A stretch of DNA of 64,000 nt from an uncultured Candidatus Saccharibacteria bacterium (GCA_964582465.1 CAZOQX010000003.1:1115-65114); one strand, 5' to 3'; counted from the first letter of the stretch, positions 19,472 to 30,440 are shown. Notes: generated by a model not told the origin, from the letters alone. A program made the numbers and translations.

Positions 19472-19564
19472 TCGACGGCTCCTCTCGGTGGGATTGTCAA
19501 TACTTAACCATGATGTGTGCGTGCTGTCAATGACAGTAGCTCCGGCTCTGTTAAAATTACTGCT

Positions 19565-20635
19565 ATGAGTTTAAAAATCGGCATCGTGGGTTTACCAAAC
19601 GTTGGCAAGTCTACCCTCTTCAATGCCCTAACTAAAAACAACGTCCTTGCGGCCAATTACCCATTTGCGACCATTGAACCGAACGTTGGCATTGTGGCGT
19701 TGCCCGACAAACGTCTGGATGAACTCGCAATGCTTTTTCATCCAGAAAAGATCACCCCGGCCACAGTTACCTTCGTAGACATCGCCGGGCTCGTCGCCGG
19801 TGCCCACAAGGGGGAAGGGTTGGGGAATCAATTCTTGGCACACATCCGCGAAACTGATGCGATTTGCCAAGTTGTGCGGGCGTTCAAGGACCCCAACGTC
19901 ACTCATGTCGACGGCCAGGTTGAACCAAAACGCGATATCGAAACCATTCGTACCGAACTTGCCCTAGCCGACCTCGAGCAGCTTGAGCGTCGAGAAGGAA
20001 AATTGACCTCGGAGGCAAAATCGAGCCACGAAGCCGCCGCAGCACTAGAAGCGGTGCAAAAAGCCAAGCAAGCGCTAGATCAAAAACAATTCTTGGAGTC
20101 GAAGCTTGTCGAGAAATTACCTCCGGACCTTAACCTGCTCACGGCTAAACCGTTCATTTACGCCTTTAATCTAGACGAGGCCGACCTAGGCAACCAATCG
20201 TATCAAAAGGAATTGGCGGCTCTTGTTGATCCATCAAAATCGATTTTTTTATCGGCCAAAATCGAGGCCGAGCTAGCAGACTTGCCGCTCACAGAAGCGA
20301 GCAGTCTCTTGCAAGATCTCGGCCAGAGTCAGTCCGGCCTGGATCAGCTCGCACAAGCTGGTTTTGAAATCTTGGGCTTACAAACTTTCCTCACCGCCGG
20401 ACCAAAAGAAGTACGCGCCTGGACGATTCATCAAGGTGATACGGCACCACAAGCCGCCGGCGTCATTCACACTGACTTTCAAAAGGGCTTCATTCGGGCT
20501 GAGGTGGTAAGTTTTTTCGATTTAATCGCCACCGGCTCCGAATCTGCCGCCAAAGCCGCCGGTAAAGTCAGGTCCGAGGGCAAAGATTACGTCATGCAAG
20601 ATGGAGACGTCGTTGAGTTTAGGTTTAACGTTTAA
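19565..20635 (+). CDS. ychF: Ribosome-binding ATPase YchF (Obg-family GTPase)
   Basis: MSLKIGIVGLPNVGKSTLFNALT G1 motif. C-terminal TGS-domain-like region. Start moved to the internal ATG at 19565, which begins the conserved N-terminus. Confidence 0.85.
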   Translation: MSLKIGIVGLPNVGKSTLFNALTKNNVLAANYPFATIEPNVGIVALPDKRLDELAMLFHPEKITPATVTFVDIAGLVAGAHKGEGLGNQFLAHIRETDAICQVVRAFKDPNVTHVDGQVEPKRDIETIRTELALADLEQLERREGKLTSEAKSSHEAAAALEAVQKAKQALDQKQFLESKLVEKLPPDLNLLTAKPFIYAFNLDEADLGNQSYQKELAALVDPSKSIFLSAKIEAELADLPLTEASSLLQDLGQSQSGLDQLAQAGFEILGLQTFLTAGPKEVRAWTIHQGDTAPQAAGVIHTDFQKGFIRAEVVSFFDLIATGSESAAKAAGKVRSEGKDYVMQDGDVVEFRFNV

Positions 20636-21347
20636 TCAACACAAAGAAGCGCTCTACGTTGCCCTTGGTACCGGCAATCTTAGAATCAGCCTCTGCTTTG
20701 ATCTCATATTGATCACTTAATTGTTCACGAAATCGCTGCAATATCTGGATGCGCAAATTATCGTCTTTGATGACACCCCGCGCCCGATTAGCCTCACGCC
20801 TGGTCGCCTCAAATTGCGGTTTGGCAAGCACAACGATTGGCCCGCCCGGTTTAATCAAGGCGGCCATGCTACTGAGTATTTGTCCCAGCGCTATAAAAGA
20901 AACATCTGCCAGTGCCACATCGGGTATCACGGGCAAGCTGGTGACCTGCCTGATATCAGTTCGCTCCATCACTGTGACGCGGGGGTCATTGCGCAATGCA
21001 TAAGCCAGTTGACCATGTCCGACATCAACCGCAATAACCTCAGTCGCGCCGTGCTTAAGAGCAAAGTCAGTAAAACCACCTGTGGAAGCACCGACATCCA
21101 GAACCACCTTGTCCTCTACATTTAGACCAAGTTCGCCAAAGACAGAGGCCAGCTTATCCCCTCCCCGTGAGACATACTTCGGCATCGGCTTTAGGTCGAT
21201 ATCTGCATTTGAATCAACTGCAAGACCAGGTTTCGCGAGCCTACGCCCGCGTGAAAAAACCTCTCCCGCCATGATCATGGCTTGAGCCGCACGCAAATCC
21301 TGAGCCAGGCCTCGTCTGACAAGAAGTGAGTCCAGGCGCTCCTTCAT
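20625..21347 (-). CDS. tlyA: TlyA-family rRNA 2'-O-methyltransferase (S4 domain + FtsJ-like MTase)
   Basis: 240 aa. N-terminal S4-like RLDSLLVRRGL. Methyltransferase motif VLDVGASTGGFTD. Confidence 0.8.
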   Translation of the reverse strand: MKERLDSLLVRRGLAQDLRAAQAMIMAGEVFSRGRRLAKPGLAVDSNADIDLKPMPKYVSRGGDKLASVFGELGLNVEDKVVLDVGASTGGFTDFALKHGATEVIAVDVGHGQLAYALRNDPRVTVMERTDIRQVTSLPVIPDVALADVSFIALGQILSSMAALIKPGGPIVVLAKPQFEATRREANRARGVIKDDNLRIQILQRFREQLSDQYEIKAEADSKIAGTKGNVERFFVLIKR

Positions 21348-21910
21348 TTGGCTCGTTCGAGGTATTGACCAGTGCGAGTATCAACTTTAATACTGTCACC
21401 AACTTGGATAAAGAGGGGCACCTGGGTTTTTAGCCCGGTTTCAAGGGTGCACGCCTTAAGCGCGGCCGTAACTGTATCGCCGCGGGCACCGGGCTCACAC
21501 TCTGTGACTTTCATGTAGACGGTGTTGGGCAAGTCGATCCCTACCACCCGATCCTGAAATTTGAGAAGCGTTACGGTTGCACCGTCAGCCAAATAATTTA
21601 CCTGCTCTCCCAGCTTGGATGCATCAATTGCCTCTTGTTCAAAGCTGGTTTGGTCCATGAAGTAATACTGATTCCCCTCGCGGTAGAGGTATTGTAGGGC
21701 GGCCCGCTCGAGTTCGGCCGATTGGATTTTATCGGCCGCGCGGAAGGTCTTCTCCACCAGTGCCCCGGTCAGTAAGTTTTTAACCTTAACCCGCGCTACG
21801 GCACCGCCGCGGCCCATAGCCGCATGGGAATAATCCACCACGCGGTAAAGCTCACCGTCGAGCTCGATGAGAGTATCTTTGCGTAAATCCGTGTGACCAA
21901 GCATTGCCAT
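21344..21910 (-). CDS. efp: Elongation factor P
   Basis: 188 aa. Matches the EF-P family throughout (e.g. YLYREGNQYYFMDQTSFEQ). Confidence 0.9.
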   Translation of the reverse strand: MAMLGHTDLRKDTLIELDGELYRVVDYSHAAMGRGGAVARVKVKNLLTGALVEKTFRAADKIQSAELERAALQYLYREGNQYYFMDQTSFEQEAIDASKLGEQVNYLADGATVTLLKFQDRVVGIDLPNTVYMKVTECEPGARGDTVTAALKACTLETGLKTQVPLFIQVGDSIKVDTRTGQYLERAK

Positions 21911-21919
21911 AATTTTCTC

Positions 21920-22138
21920 CTAGCGCACTACAAAGGGCAAAAGCGACAGATGACGAGCTCGCTTCAGAGCCAAGCTTAGGCGGCGCTGGTGCTTGGCGCA
22001 AGTACCGGTGCGTTTGCGCGATTCGATTTTGCCATAGCTCGACAGGTAACGTTGCAACATTTTCACGTCCTTGTAGTCGATGTCATCAATCTGATCGACG
22101 CAAAACCGGCAAACTTTTTTGGAATAGAATTGGTTCAT
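21920..22138 (-). CDS. rpsR: 30S ribosomal protein S18
   Basis: 72 aa, CRFC...[14 protein letters not shown]...RKRTG S18 signature. Part of the rpsF-ssb-rpsR operon. Confidence 0.85.
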   Translation of the reverse strand: MNQFYSKKVCRFCVDQIDDIDYKDVKMLQRYLSSYGKIESRKRTGTCAKHQRRLSLALKRARHLSLLPFVVR

Positions 22139-22147
22139 TTGGGTCTC

Positions 22148-22594
22148 CTAAAACGGAATATCGTCTAAGTTAACTGCTTCATCAGGAACGTCTTCAATCA
22201 CTACGTCATCGCTTTGAGCGGCAGCAGGTGCGGGACGACTCGGCGCCTCACCAGAAGCATCTCCAGCGCGATCCAAGAAGCTGATATCGTTTGCAACTAT
22301 CTCGGTCCGGCGCTGTTTGACGCCGTCTTTTTCCCAAGTCCTGGTTTGCAAACGACCCACCACCATTACCTTACGGCCTTTTGATAAGTACTGGCTGGCC
22401 AGTTCAGCAAGCTTGCCCCAGGCCACAATCTCATGAAATTCCACGGCTTCCTGGCGCTCACCATTTTGATCCTGCCACATTCGGTTGGTCGCAACTGCAA
22501 ATGATGCCACGTTCTGGCCGTTCGGTGTAGTCCTAAGCTCGGGGTCGCGCGTTAAATTACCCAGCACGATCGCTTGATTAAAACTTCTAGCCAC
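22148..22594 (-). CDS. ssb: Single-stranded DNA-binding protein
   Basis: 148 aa. OB-fold N-terminus (NQAIVLGNLTRDPELR) and acidic C-terminal DDIPF tail. Confidence 0.9.
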   Translation of the reverse strand: MARSFNQAIVLGNLTRDPELRTTPNGQNVASFAVATNRMWQDQNGERQEAVEFHEIVAWGKLAELASQYLSKGRKVMVVGRLQTRTWEKDGVKQRRTEIVANDISFLDRAGDASGEAPSRPAPAAAQSDDVVIEDVPDEAVNLDDIPF

Positions 22595-22958
22595 TTACTT
22601 CCTCACTTTCTGCGAGAGGGGCGGCTTCTTTGGCCGCGGCCTTCGCCTTTATCTTAGCTTCCTTTTGGGGACGCGGTTCCGGGCGGCGGACCAGCAGATG
22701 TCGCATAACCTCGTCTGTAATCAGTAGATTGGATTCCAGGCCCCTGACTTTCGCTCCATCCATTAATACTTCAAAAAGTACATAAACACCGAATTCTTGA
22801 TGTTTAACTTTATAAGCCAGGCGGCGCTTGCCCCAATTATCGCGCTTCACCACCTTTCCCCCGGTCGATTCAATCAATTTCTCGATCTTCGCAATCGGGG
22901 TATCAATATCTATTTCTAGATCTGGGTGGAAAACCACTACCAGTTCATATGGTCGCAT
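22587..22958 (-). CDS. rpsF: 30S ribosomal protein S6
   Basis: 123 aa. MRPYELVVVFHPDLE N-terminus is the S6 signature. Confidence 0.9.
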   Translation of the reverse strand: MRPYELVVVFHPDLEIDIDTPIAKIEKLIESTGGKVVKRDNWGKRRLAYKVKHQEFGVYVLFEVLMDGAKVRGLESNLLITDEVMRHLLVRRPEPRPQKEAKIKAKAAAKEAAPLAESEEVSG

Positions 22959-23098
22959 GTTGCTCCTTTCTGCGGAAATCCTTTGCGGATTGCGGTCTGC
23001 TGACTAGCAGAGCGCCAAAAGGCATGTTAGTTGCTTTCGACGTCTAATCATAGCCGCTTCAGATCGCCAGGTCAAGCTTACCTGTTACAATTGGGCTA

Positions 23099-23617
23099 AT
23101 GTATATCTTGGCCAGTCAGTTTAAAGGTCTTGCCGTAATTAGTCTGCAACATGGTCCGCTCGGCCATGTCACCAGACCCCTGATTGACCTAGGCCGGCTG
23201 TCGCTCATGGCCTTTTTGTGTGAGGTGCCGGAAGAAGGTGAACGCGTTTTGCTTGTTAGAGACGTCCGCCAGGTTAAAGCGAAGGAAATTGTAATCGAGT
23301 CGGCTGACGATCTAAGCCCGCCCGCTGACATCGTGCGCCTCCAGGGCTTACTTTCCAGACGTACTGATCTAGTCAAGCTGCCCGTGGTCAACGAATCCGG
23401 GCTAAAACTCGGAAGGGTCGAAGACTTTACGGTTAGCCCGCCCGATTTCATTGTGCAAAAATTGCACATTAGGCAAACCCCACTCAAGAACCTCCTCATG
23501 AATCGCCTGGTTGTAGATCGCAGCCAAATCATCGAGGTAACACCGAAGAAAATCGTCATCCAAGATGCTACCGTTAAAGGTGCCCTCTTTGCGCCGGGAT
23601 CAGTCGCCCCAGAGTAA
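23099..23617 (+). CDS. PRC-barrel domain protein (hypothetical)
   Basis: 172 aa with two PRC-barrel-like segments (YILASQFKGLAVISLQHG...). Function unknown. Confidence 0.4.
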   Translation: MYILASQFKGLAVISLQHGPLGHVTRPLIDLGRLSLMAFLCEVPEEGERVLLVRDVRQVKAKEIVIESADDLSPPADIVRLQGLLSRRTDLVKLPVVNESGLKLGRVEDFTVSPPDFIVQKLHIRQTPLKNLLMNRLVVDRSQIIEVTPKKIVIQDATVKGALFAPGSVAPE

Positions 23618-23765
23618 ACCGCCCTTGCTTCCGCATGCCGCTTACGCTAAGATGGGAAAAGCAAAAGGAGTTTAACTGTGGCAATTGTGGTTGTACTGTG
23701 GGGACTGGCCTTCGCTCTAGCTTACCGGCTAATCGTAGCTAACCGCGCCTAAAATCTAGTCCGCT

Positions 23766-24371
23766 TTAGTTGTCCTTCGTAAACCGATCGACAACTTTTT
23801 TGATACTTTCGTAAGTAAACCCTTTGCGCCCCAAGTGCGCCATTAGCTTTTGACGATCGGGGTACTTGACCATCAGTTTTTGGCGCTCAACTAGATCTGC
23901 CAAGACTTCTTCCTCATCATGTCCCCCCAGCGCCTCTTCAATCTCGTCAGTTCCCAGGCCTTTTTGGCGCAATTCCTGCACAAGCTGTAAACGCGAGCGT
24001 GGGCGCAGCAGACGGCGGCTTTCTACCCAGCTTGCAGCAAAATCGCTATCGTTCAGGAGGCTCCGTGCCACCAGCTCACGGACAATGTCGGCTGTTTGCT
24101 CCTTTGAATAGCCCTTTCTCTCGAGGTATTGCAGCACCTCATCTTGACTGCGTGGCCGAATGGCAAGATACGATAGCGCCTTTTCCAAAGCCTTGTTCTT
24201 TTCGGCCGCTGACTTAAAGCGTTCAAGTTCCTCAGCGCCAACTTCACTCCCCTCACGCAGACCACTGTCCGCCAGAAACAAAGCGGAGCAAGCAAACGAG
24301 TATTTACCGTCCACGAAGATTGAATAGCGTTCGCGGGCCGCTTGCTTCTTGATCTTGGTAATTTGCGGCAT
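23766..24371 (-). CDS. recX: Recombination regulator RecX
   Basis: 201 aa helical-repeat protein immediately downstream of recA. RecX-like repeats (ALSYLAIRPRSQDEVLQYLERKGY). Confidence 0.8.
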   Translation of the reverse strand: MPQITKIKKQAARERYSIFVDGKYSFACSALFLADSGLREGSEVGAEELERFKSAAEKNKALEKALSYLAIRPRSQDEVLQYLERKGYSKEQTADIVRELVARSLLNDSDFAASWVESRRLLRPRSRLQLVQELRQKGLGTDEIEEALGGHDEEEVLADLVERQKLMVKYPDRQKLMAHLGRKGFTYESIKKVVDRFTKDN

Positions 24372-24373
24372 TA

Positions 24374-25402
24374 CTAAGTAGTTTGGGCTTTTTTGCGTAC
24401 GGCGCCTGCAAGTTCTTCCAGGATCTTGGGATTATCCTTCAGATATTGCTTGGCCGCCTCGCGTCCTTGGGCGATCTTCTCTTCTTTGTACTCGTACCAA
24501 GCGCCTGTTTTTTGCACTAACTCGTGCTTAACCGCCAGATCGAGCACATCACCAGCGCGCGAGATGCCCTCGTTAAACATAATGTCGAACTCGGCCACCT
24601 TGAAAGGCGGTGCGACCTTATTTTTAACTACCTTGACCTTTACGTGATTCCCTACTGGCGTATCAGCGTCCTTAATTTGCTCGGTACGGCGGATGTCCAA
24701 ACGCACCGAAGCATAGAATTTCAAAGCGTTACCGCCGGGCGTAGTTTCCGGATTGCCGAACATAACGCCGATCTTCATGCGCAGCTGGTTGATGAAAATG
24801 ACAGTAGTTTTGGACTTGCTGATGACTCCAGTGAGTTTGCGTAAAGCTTGAGACATTAGCCGCGCCTGCAGACCCACGTGCGCATCGCCCATGTCGCCCT
24901 CAATTTCAGCCCGGGGCACCAAGGCTGCGACAGAATCAATAATCACGACATCAACAGCGTTTGAGCGCACCAAAGTTTCGGCGATTTCTAAAGCCTGCTC
25001 GCCTGTATCGGGCTGCGAGATTAGCAGATCGTCGAGATTAACCCCAATTCTTTTAGCGTACTCGGGATCCAGAGCGTGCTCTGCATCCACAAAAGCCGCC
25101 ATGCCGCCCGATTTCTGGGTGCTTGCTACCACATGCAGCGCCAGCGTGGTTTTTCCGCTCGATTCCGGCCCATAAATTTCGATAATTCGGCCCTTCGGTA
25201 TACCTCCACCGAGAGCGAGATCCAGCGACAAACTACCCGTAGGAATAGTTTCGACATCAATTTTGTGCGACTCGCCCAGGCGCATAATAGCGCCCTTACC
25301 AAATTGCTTTTCGATTTGCTCGACCGCAAGACCAATCGCTTGCATGCGCGAGGATCTATCGCCCTTTTGTTCCACGATTTTCTCCGCTACTGCTGTTGCC
25401 AT
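24374..25402 (-). CDS. recA: Recombinase RecA
   Basis: 342 aa. [13 protein letters not shown] Walker A and a canonical RecA core. Confidence 0.95.
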   Translation of the reverse strand: MATAVAEKIVEQKGDRSSRMQAIGLAVEQIEKQFGKGAIMRLGESHKIDVETIPTGSLSLDLALGGGIPKGRIIEIYGPESSGKTTLALHVVASTQKSGGMAAFVDAEHALDPEYAKRIGVNLDDLLISQPDTGEQALEIAETLVRSNAVDVVIIDSVAALVPRAEIEGDMGDAHVGLQARLMSQALRKLTGVISKSKTTVIFINQLRMKIGVMFGNPETTPGGNALKFYASVRLDIRRTEQIKDADTPVGNHVKVKVVKNKVAPPFKVAEFDIMFNEGISRAGDVLDLAVKHELVQKTGAWYEYKEEKIAQGREAAKQYLKDNPKILEELAGAVRKKAQTT

Positions 25403-25468
25403 TTTACCTACCTTTACCTTTATTTTCTAGATAAAATGACTATACCCGAACAAAACCCGAATTGTCAA

Positions 25469-26155
25469 CTACGGCTTTGGTCTGACAGGAGTGGAGGGTA
25501 AGTGCACCAGCAGGCTGCGACTCACCACAGTGCTCTTACCGAGCTTACTTTTGGCCGTAAACTTAATAGTGTTTAGGCCATCTTGCAGCGTCAGTTGGTC
25601 ACTAAAATGGCCGCCAGCATCGGAGATTACTGCTACCCCATTAATGAATAGGTCCGCCCCAGGCTCGACTTTGCCGGAGGTTTGAATAGTGGAAGCTGTA
25701 ACCACTTGGTTATCCTTGGGACTATCCACCCGAAGCTTCGGGGCGCCGGCGAGTGTACTCACCTGCCACAAGAGGTAGGCTAGGACAGCAACAATGGCCA
25801 GACCAATTCCCAAGATCACCAGGATTTTGGGTGTAAAAATGAAGCGACGCTTTAACGGCCGGCGGCGGGCGCTCGATTTGGCCGCCAGCTGGCCGCGCTG
25901 GGCATCATATAAAGCCATGACTTCTCCTCCATTCAGCCCGAGAAACTCGCCGTAGCGGCGCACAAAACCACGCACGTAGACGTCATTGGGTAAATCGCTA
26001 TAATCATCAGCCTCGAAGCGAGTTAAATAACGGCCGCGAATTTTAGTCACAACTTCCACCTCGCTTAGCTTGATACCAGAGCGCTGCCGCTGCTGTTTTA
26101 GCAGAGCCCCTAGTTTGGTTTCAGGTGTAGAATTATTCCTCGTAGCCGGCGCCAT
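25469..26155 (-). CDS. rodZ: RodZ-like HTH membrane protein (cytoskeleton-associated)
   Basis: 228 aa. N-terminal HTH (LGALLKQQRQRSGIKLSEVEVVTKIR), a central TM helix and an extracellular beta-rich C-terminal domain. Confidence 0.6.
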   Translation of the reverse strand: MAPATRNNSTPETKLGALLKQQRQRSGIKLSEVEVVTKIRGRYLTRFEADDYSDLPNDVYVRGFVRRYGEFLGLNGGEVMALYDAQRGQLAAKSSARRRPLKRRFIFTPKILVILGIGLAIVAVLAYLLWQVSTLAGAPKLRVDSPKDNQVVTASTIQTSGKVEPGADLFINGVAVISDAGGHFSDQLTLQDGLNTIKFTAKSKLGKSTVVSRSLLVHLPSTPVRPKP

Positions 26156-28229
26156 CGCTTGGCTCAGAAATGCTACTTACCAGAATCTCACGCGGCCTGG
26201 CGCCATCGGCCGGGCCAACGATGCCGCGTTCTTCCATTAAATCGATCAACCGAGCCGCCCGCGCATAGCCAATTCTAAGTCGCCGTTGGAGGAGCGAGGC
26301 TGAGGCCTTACCGGAGCGAATCACCATATCGGCTGCCTCCTTAAACAAATCATCATCCACGCCGTCCATACCACCCTCGTAGCCACCACGACCACCGCCG
26401 AGGCGCACCGGCTGAGCCAAAACTTCATCGTTATACTGCGGGGCTCGGGCTTGGCGGAGATAGTCCGTCACTCCCTTAACTTCCTTCTCACTCACGAATG
26501 AGCCCTGCATACGCCTGGGTTTAATGAGCTCGGGACTCAAGAACAGCATGTCACCTTTTCCAACCAGTTTTTCGGCCCCACCCTGGTCAATGATCGTGCG
26601 CGAATCAACTTGGGAGGCGACGGTAAAGGCGATGCGCGCCGGCACATTAGCCTTGATCAAACCCGTAATGACGTTAACACTCGGCCGCTGCGTAGCAAGT
26701 ACCAGGTGAATTCCCGTGGCGCGCGCCAGTTGAGCCAGCCGCACAACCAGCGCTTCCACATCGGATGCTGCTAAACTCATCAGGTCGGCCAACTCATCGA
26801 TCACGATCACGATATAGGGCATCCCCTCTTCTTTGCTCGAAGCGTTATACTCAGCAATGTTACGCTTGCCGCGCTCAGCAAAGAGTTTGAGGCGTCGCTC
26901 CATTTCCGCAACCGCCCACTTGAGCGCCGAAATACACTTCTCCGGCTCCACAATTACCGGGGTCAGCAGGTGCGGCACATCATTATATAAACTGAGCTCC
27001 ACCCGCTTGGGGTCGACCAGGATTAGTTTGAGATCAGCTGGCGAATTGCGATAAAGCAGGCTTAAAAGCAAAGTATTAATCATGACACTTTTACCAGATC
27101 CGGTAGCACCGGCGATCAAAAGATGGGGCATTTTGGCGAGATCAGCCACCTCGGGCGTGCCCGCGACATCGCGCCCGAGGACAAAGCTCAGAGGCGACTT
27201 AGCATCTTTGACCTCCGGCGAGGTCAGAATGTCCTTGAGCCGGACGGTCGCACCAATCTTATGCGGCACCTCAATACCTACCAGGCTCTTACCCGGGATG
27301 GGTGCTTCGACGCGCAAAGGGTGAGCCGCCAGGGCCAAACTCAAGTTATGCTGTAATTCGGTGATTTTGTTGAGCTTCACACCGCTTTCCGGCTTTAAGG
27401 TGTACTGCGTTACGGTCGGGCCCACGTTTACCTCCCCCATCGCAACTTCTATACCGAAGCTCGCGAGGGTTTGCTGAATTGTGCTAGCATTTTCCTTAAT
27501 ATTCCCGGCATCGGCCTGACCCTTAGTTTCTTCCAGCAGATCCAGGCTGGGTGGCTGCCAGTCAGGATCAACCCCGGCGGTCAGAGCTTCGAAGTCCTTC
27601 TCGCTCTTTTCCCCTCGAGCGTTCAGGGTGCCGCGAATCGGCAACTTATTATTTACGACCAGCCCCGCCGGCTCATTAATTTGCAAGTCGGCCTGGCGTC
27701 GGTTCTTGAATAATTCAACAATTTTCTTGATCAAATCGCTCAACTTGGCATTAAAGGCAACTACCAGCGCAATTAGCATGAATGCAACCAGCAACGCCGA
27801 GGAAGCTGCCACATTAAACATCTTTAATAAGAGGAAGCTCAGCCCATAACCAATCAGGCCTCCGCCCCCGCCTTGACTTGCTACATGAGCCGCTTGAGCG
27901 GGATCGGCGCCGATATGGAGCAGGCCGGCCACGGTAATGACGAAGAGGAGAAAGCCGACGTATATATTTACGCGTGATTCGAACTTTTCCGGCAAAAATA
28001 ACATCCAGGCCACTAGTCCCAAGATAATCGGAAGTAAAAAGGCCTCGAGACCGATTAACAGCCTAAACCCGTGAAAAACTCCGCCGGGCAAAAAACCGCC
28101 GACATTAAAGATAGCAAGCAGTAGAATGATCGCGAGCACTGCAAGCAAAATCGCGACAATTTCTTGAACAATGTTGGCATCCAAGCTGGGCTTAAGCTTG
28201 GAAACTTTGGCTTTGCGGCGTCTGGCCAT
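26133..28229 (-). CDS. ftsK: DNA translocase FtsK/SpoIIIE
   Basis: 698 aa. N-terminal TM helices, AGATGSGKS Walker A and a C-terminal gamma domain. Confidence 0.9.
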   Translation of the reverse strand: MARRRKAKVSKLKPSLDANIVQEIVAILLAVLAIILLLAIFNVGGFLPGGVFHGFRLLIGLEAFLLPIILGLVAWMLFLPEKFESRVNIYVGFLLFVITVAGLLHIGADPAQAAHVASQGGGGGLIGYGLSFLLLKMFNVAASSALLVAFMLIALVVAFNAKLSDLIKKIVELFKNRRQADLQINEPAGLVVNNKLPIRGTLNARGEKSEKDFEALTAGVDPDWQPPSLDLLEETKGQADAGNIKENASTIQQTLASFGIEVAMGEVNVGPTVTQYTLKPESGVKLNKITELQHNLSLALAAHPLRVEAPIPGKSLVGIEVPHKIGATVRLKDILTSPEVKDAKSPLSFVLGRDVAGTPEVADLAKMPHLLIAGATGSGKSVMINTLLLSLLYRNSPADLKLILVDPKRVELSLYNDVPHLLTPVIVEPEKCISALKWAVAEMERRLKLFAERGKRNIAEYNASSKEEGMPYIVIVIDELADLMSLAASDVEALVVRLAQLARATGIHLVLATQRPSVNVITGLIKANVPARIAFTVASQVDSRTIIDQGGAEKLVGKGDMLFLSPELIKPRRMQGSFVSEKEVKGVTDYLRQARAPQYNDEVLAQPVRLGGGRGGYEGGMDGVDDDLFKEAADMVIRSGKASASLLQRRLRIGYARAARLIDLMEERGIVGPADGARPREILVSSISEPSDGAGYEE

Positions 28230-28637
28230 ATGCCTAAATTATACCGCTAATGGATAAGGTTGACCAGATATGATGAAGCTGCGGCCGCTTCTTGAACGCT
28301 AGTTGTCTTTTTCTTCATCTTCGTCTGCGAAGTTCTGCAAAAAACGATTGAAATTCGAAATATAACCCTTGTCTGATCCTAGTAGAGTCAAAAGGTCATC
28401 GTTATTCTGGTCGGTAGGCTCCCTGATCTCTGGTTCGTTTTGATCAGGCTCTTCGTCAACTGATGCCACTGGCGCAAAACTCCCTACTATTAAATACTCA
28501 CAAGACAAGACTGCATTATACCGCTAGCCTTATTAGATGGAGTCAGTCAAAGACATGAAAACTGCTCGCGAAATCATCAGGCTTTTTTGCAACTTATACA
28601 ATTGCTTACTTGGCTGGGATCTGCTTGTTCGACTAAA

Positions 28638-30440
28638 CTAGATTTCGTTAATTACAGGGATGACCATGGGACTGCGACCGGTGCGGTCGTACAGAAACTG
28701 GCCAATATCATCGCGTAGAGATAGTTTAAAGCGATTCCAGTCCACGGGTTGATTGGGATTGCGGCGTGCAAAAATTTTACGCACCTCATTGCGCGCTTCA
28801 GCAATTAACTGCTCGTTTTCCTTCATGTACACAAAGCCGCGGGAAATGATATCGGGGCTGGTCACCAGCTTGCCCGTTTTTTGGTCTACCATCGCAATCA
28901 CCATGAAGATGCCTTCCGAGGCCATGGTCAGCCGGTCGCGTAGCACAATGCCTTCGACATCCCCTACCCCGTTGCCGTCGATCATGATGAGACCGGCCTG
29001 GACGCGCTGGCCCTTGCGCACGCCGCTGGGAGCTATTTCCAGGCTATCACCATTATTCAGCACAAAGATATTCTCGCGCGGGATTTTAGTTTTGGCGGCG
29101 GCAAACTCGGCGTGGTGTACCTGCATGTGAAACTCGCCGTGAATCGGGATGAAATACTTCGGCCGAATCAGCTCGAGCATTTCGGCGAGCTCCTCGCGAT
29201 GAGCGTGGCCGGACACGTGCAGGATGCCACAATCGTCAATGCGCCGGAAGTAATTATGGTAAACTTTGGAGCCTTCGCGCATCAGATTATCCCAAGTCAT
29301 CACCACGGATTTTTCATTACCGGGAATGATGCTTGAGCTCATAATGACGGCGTCGCCTGGCTTAATCTTTACGAATGGGTGGTCACCGGTAGACATGCGC
29401 GTCAGTGCCGAATTAATTTCACCTTGTGAGCCAGTGCAAATAATACACACCTGATTATCCGGCATGTTCACGATATCTTGCATCCGCGTCACAATCCCCC
29501 GCGGAACTTTAAGGTAACCAAGTTTTACAGCCAGCTCCACGTTTGCAAGCATGCTCCGCCCGTTGAACGATACCTTGCGGCCGGTCCTTTCGGCAGCATT
29601 GATGATGAGCTGCACACGGTTAATCTGGCTGGAGAACGAGGAGATAATGATGCGGCCATTCTGACGCTTAAAGAGCTCCTCGAATGTGGGCTGAATCTCC
29701 ATTTCGCTAGGGGTTCGGCCCTCGATCTCGCAAGCCGTCGAGTCGGACATTAGCACCGTTACACCCTCGTCGCCAATTTCTTTAAGGCGAGTTAGGTCGG
29801 TGGGCTTGTTATCGGCTGGTGAAGGGTCAAAACGGAAGTCGCCGGTGTGCACCACGCGCGCAGCCGGAGTATCAATCACCACGGCGCAAGCGTCCGGAAT
29901 GGCATGCGTCACCCGCACCAGCTCAACTTTGAACTGGCCGAGTTGCACCTTCTCGTGCTTATCGGGGTCAACCACGATCAAGCGTGGTTGAGTTTGCAGG
30001 TGGAATTCCACCAACTTCTTTTCAATCATACCGATGGTAAAGCGAGCTCCATAGAGTGGCGCCTGCAATTTGGGCAGAATGTAGGGAATACCACCCATGT
30101 GGTCTTCGTGAGCGTGCGTAATGACGTGCCCACGGATTTTGGCCTTATTTTTCTCTAAATATGTGACATCGGGAATGACGTAATCAATGCCGGGCTGCTC
30201 GTTCGTGGGAAACATAAATCCCATATCGACTACGATAATGTCGTCGCCAAATTCAAAGGCGGTCATGTTCTTGCCGACTTCTCCCAGGCCACCTAGGGGC
30301 ACAATTTTTAGTTTGGGCTCGTGAGTCGGCTGGTTGGCAATCTGGCCACGATGAGCCTTGTTCTCGCCATTAAACTCCGATCGGTTAACCGGGTCAGCTG
30401 GCGGTAAAGGGTTTTTTACGAGCGGCGGTTTACGCTTCAT
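28638..30440 (-). CDS. rnj: Ribonuclease J (metallo-beta-lactamase/beta-CASP)
   Basis: 600 aa. HAHEDHMGG motif, beta-CASP region and C-terminal domain. Confidence 0.9.
   Translation of the reverse strand: MKRKPPLVKNPLPPADPVNRSEFNGENKAHRGQIANQPTHEPKLKIVPLGGLGEVGKNMTAFEFGDDIIVVDMGFMFPTNEQPGIDYVIPDVTYLEKNKAKIRGHVITHAHEDHMGGIPYILPKLQAPLYGARFTIGMIEKKLVEFHLQTQPRLIVVDPDKHEKVQLGQFKVELVRVTHAIPDACAVVIDTPAARVVHTGDFRFDPSPADNKPTDLTRLKEIGDEGVTVLMSDSTACEIEGRTPSEMEIQPTFEELFKRQNGRIIISSFSSQINRVQLIINAAERTGRKVSFNGRSMLANVELAVKLGYLKVPRGIVTRMQDIVNMPDNQVCIICTGSQGEINSALTRMSTGDHPFVKIKPGDAVIMSSSIIPGNEKSVVMTWDNLMREGSKVYHNYFRRIDDCGILHVSGHAHREELAEMLELIRPKYFIPIHGEFHMQVHHAEFAAAKTKIPRENIFVLNNGDSLEIAPSGVRKGQRVQAGLIMIDGNGVGDVEGIVLRDRLTMASEGIFMVIAMVDQKTGKLVTSPDIISRGFVYMKENEQLIAEARNEVRKIFARRNPNQPVDWNRFKLSLRDDIGQFLYDRTGRSPMVIPVINEI

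Noticed and set aside
19112-19507. Plus-strand 131-aa ORF overlapping the secreted-protein gene 19076..19471
   Set aside because: The minus-strand frame has a textbook signal peptide. The plus-strand translation is Arg/Pro-rich and lacks one. Only one strand can reasonably be coding.
28299-28508. 69-aa highly acidic ORF in the 408-bp ftsK-rnj intergenic region
   Set aside because: No RBS and no recognisable fold. Intergenic AT-rich DNA often yields such ORFs by chance. Kept only as a note.
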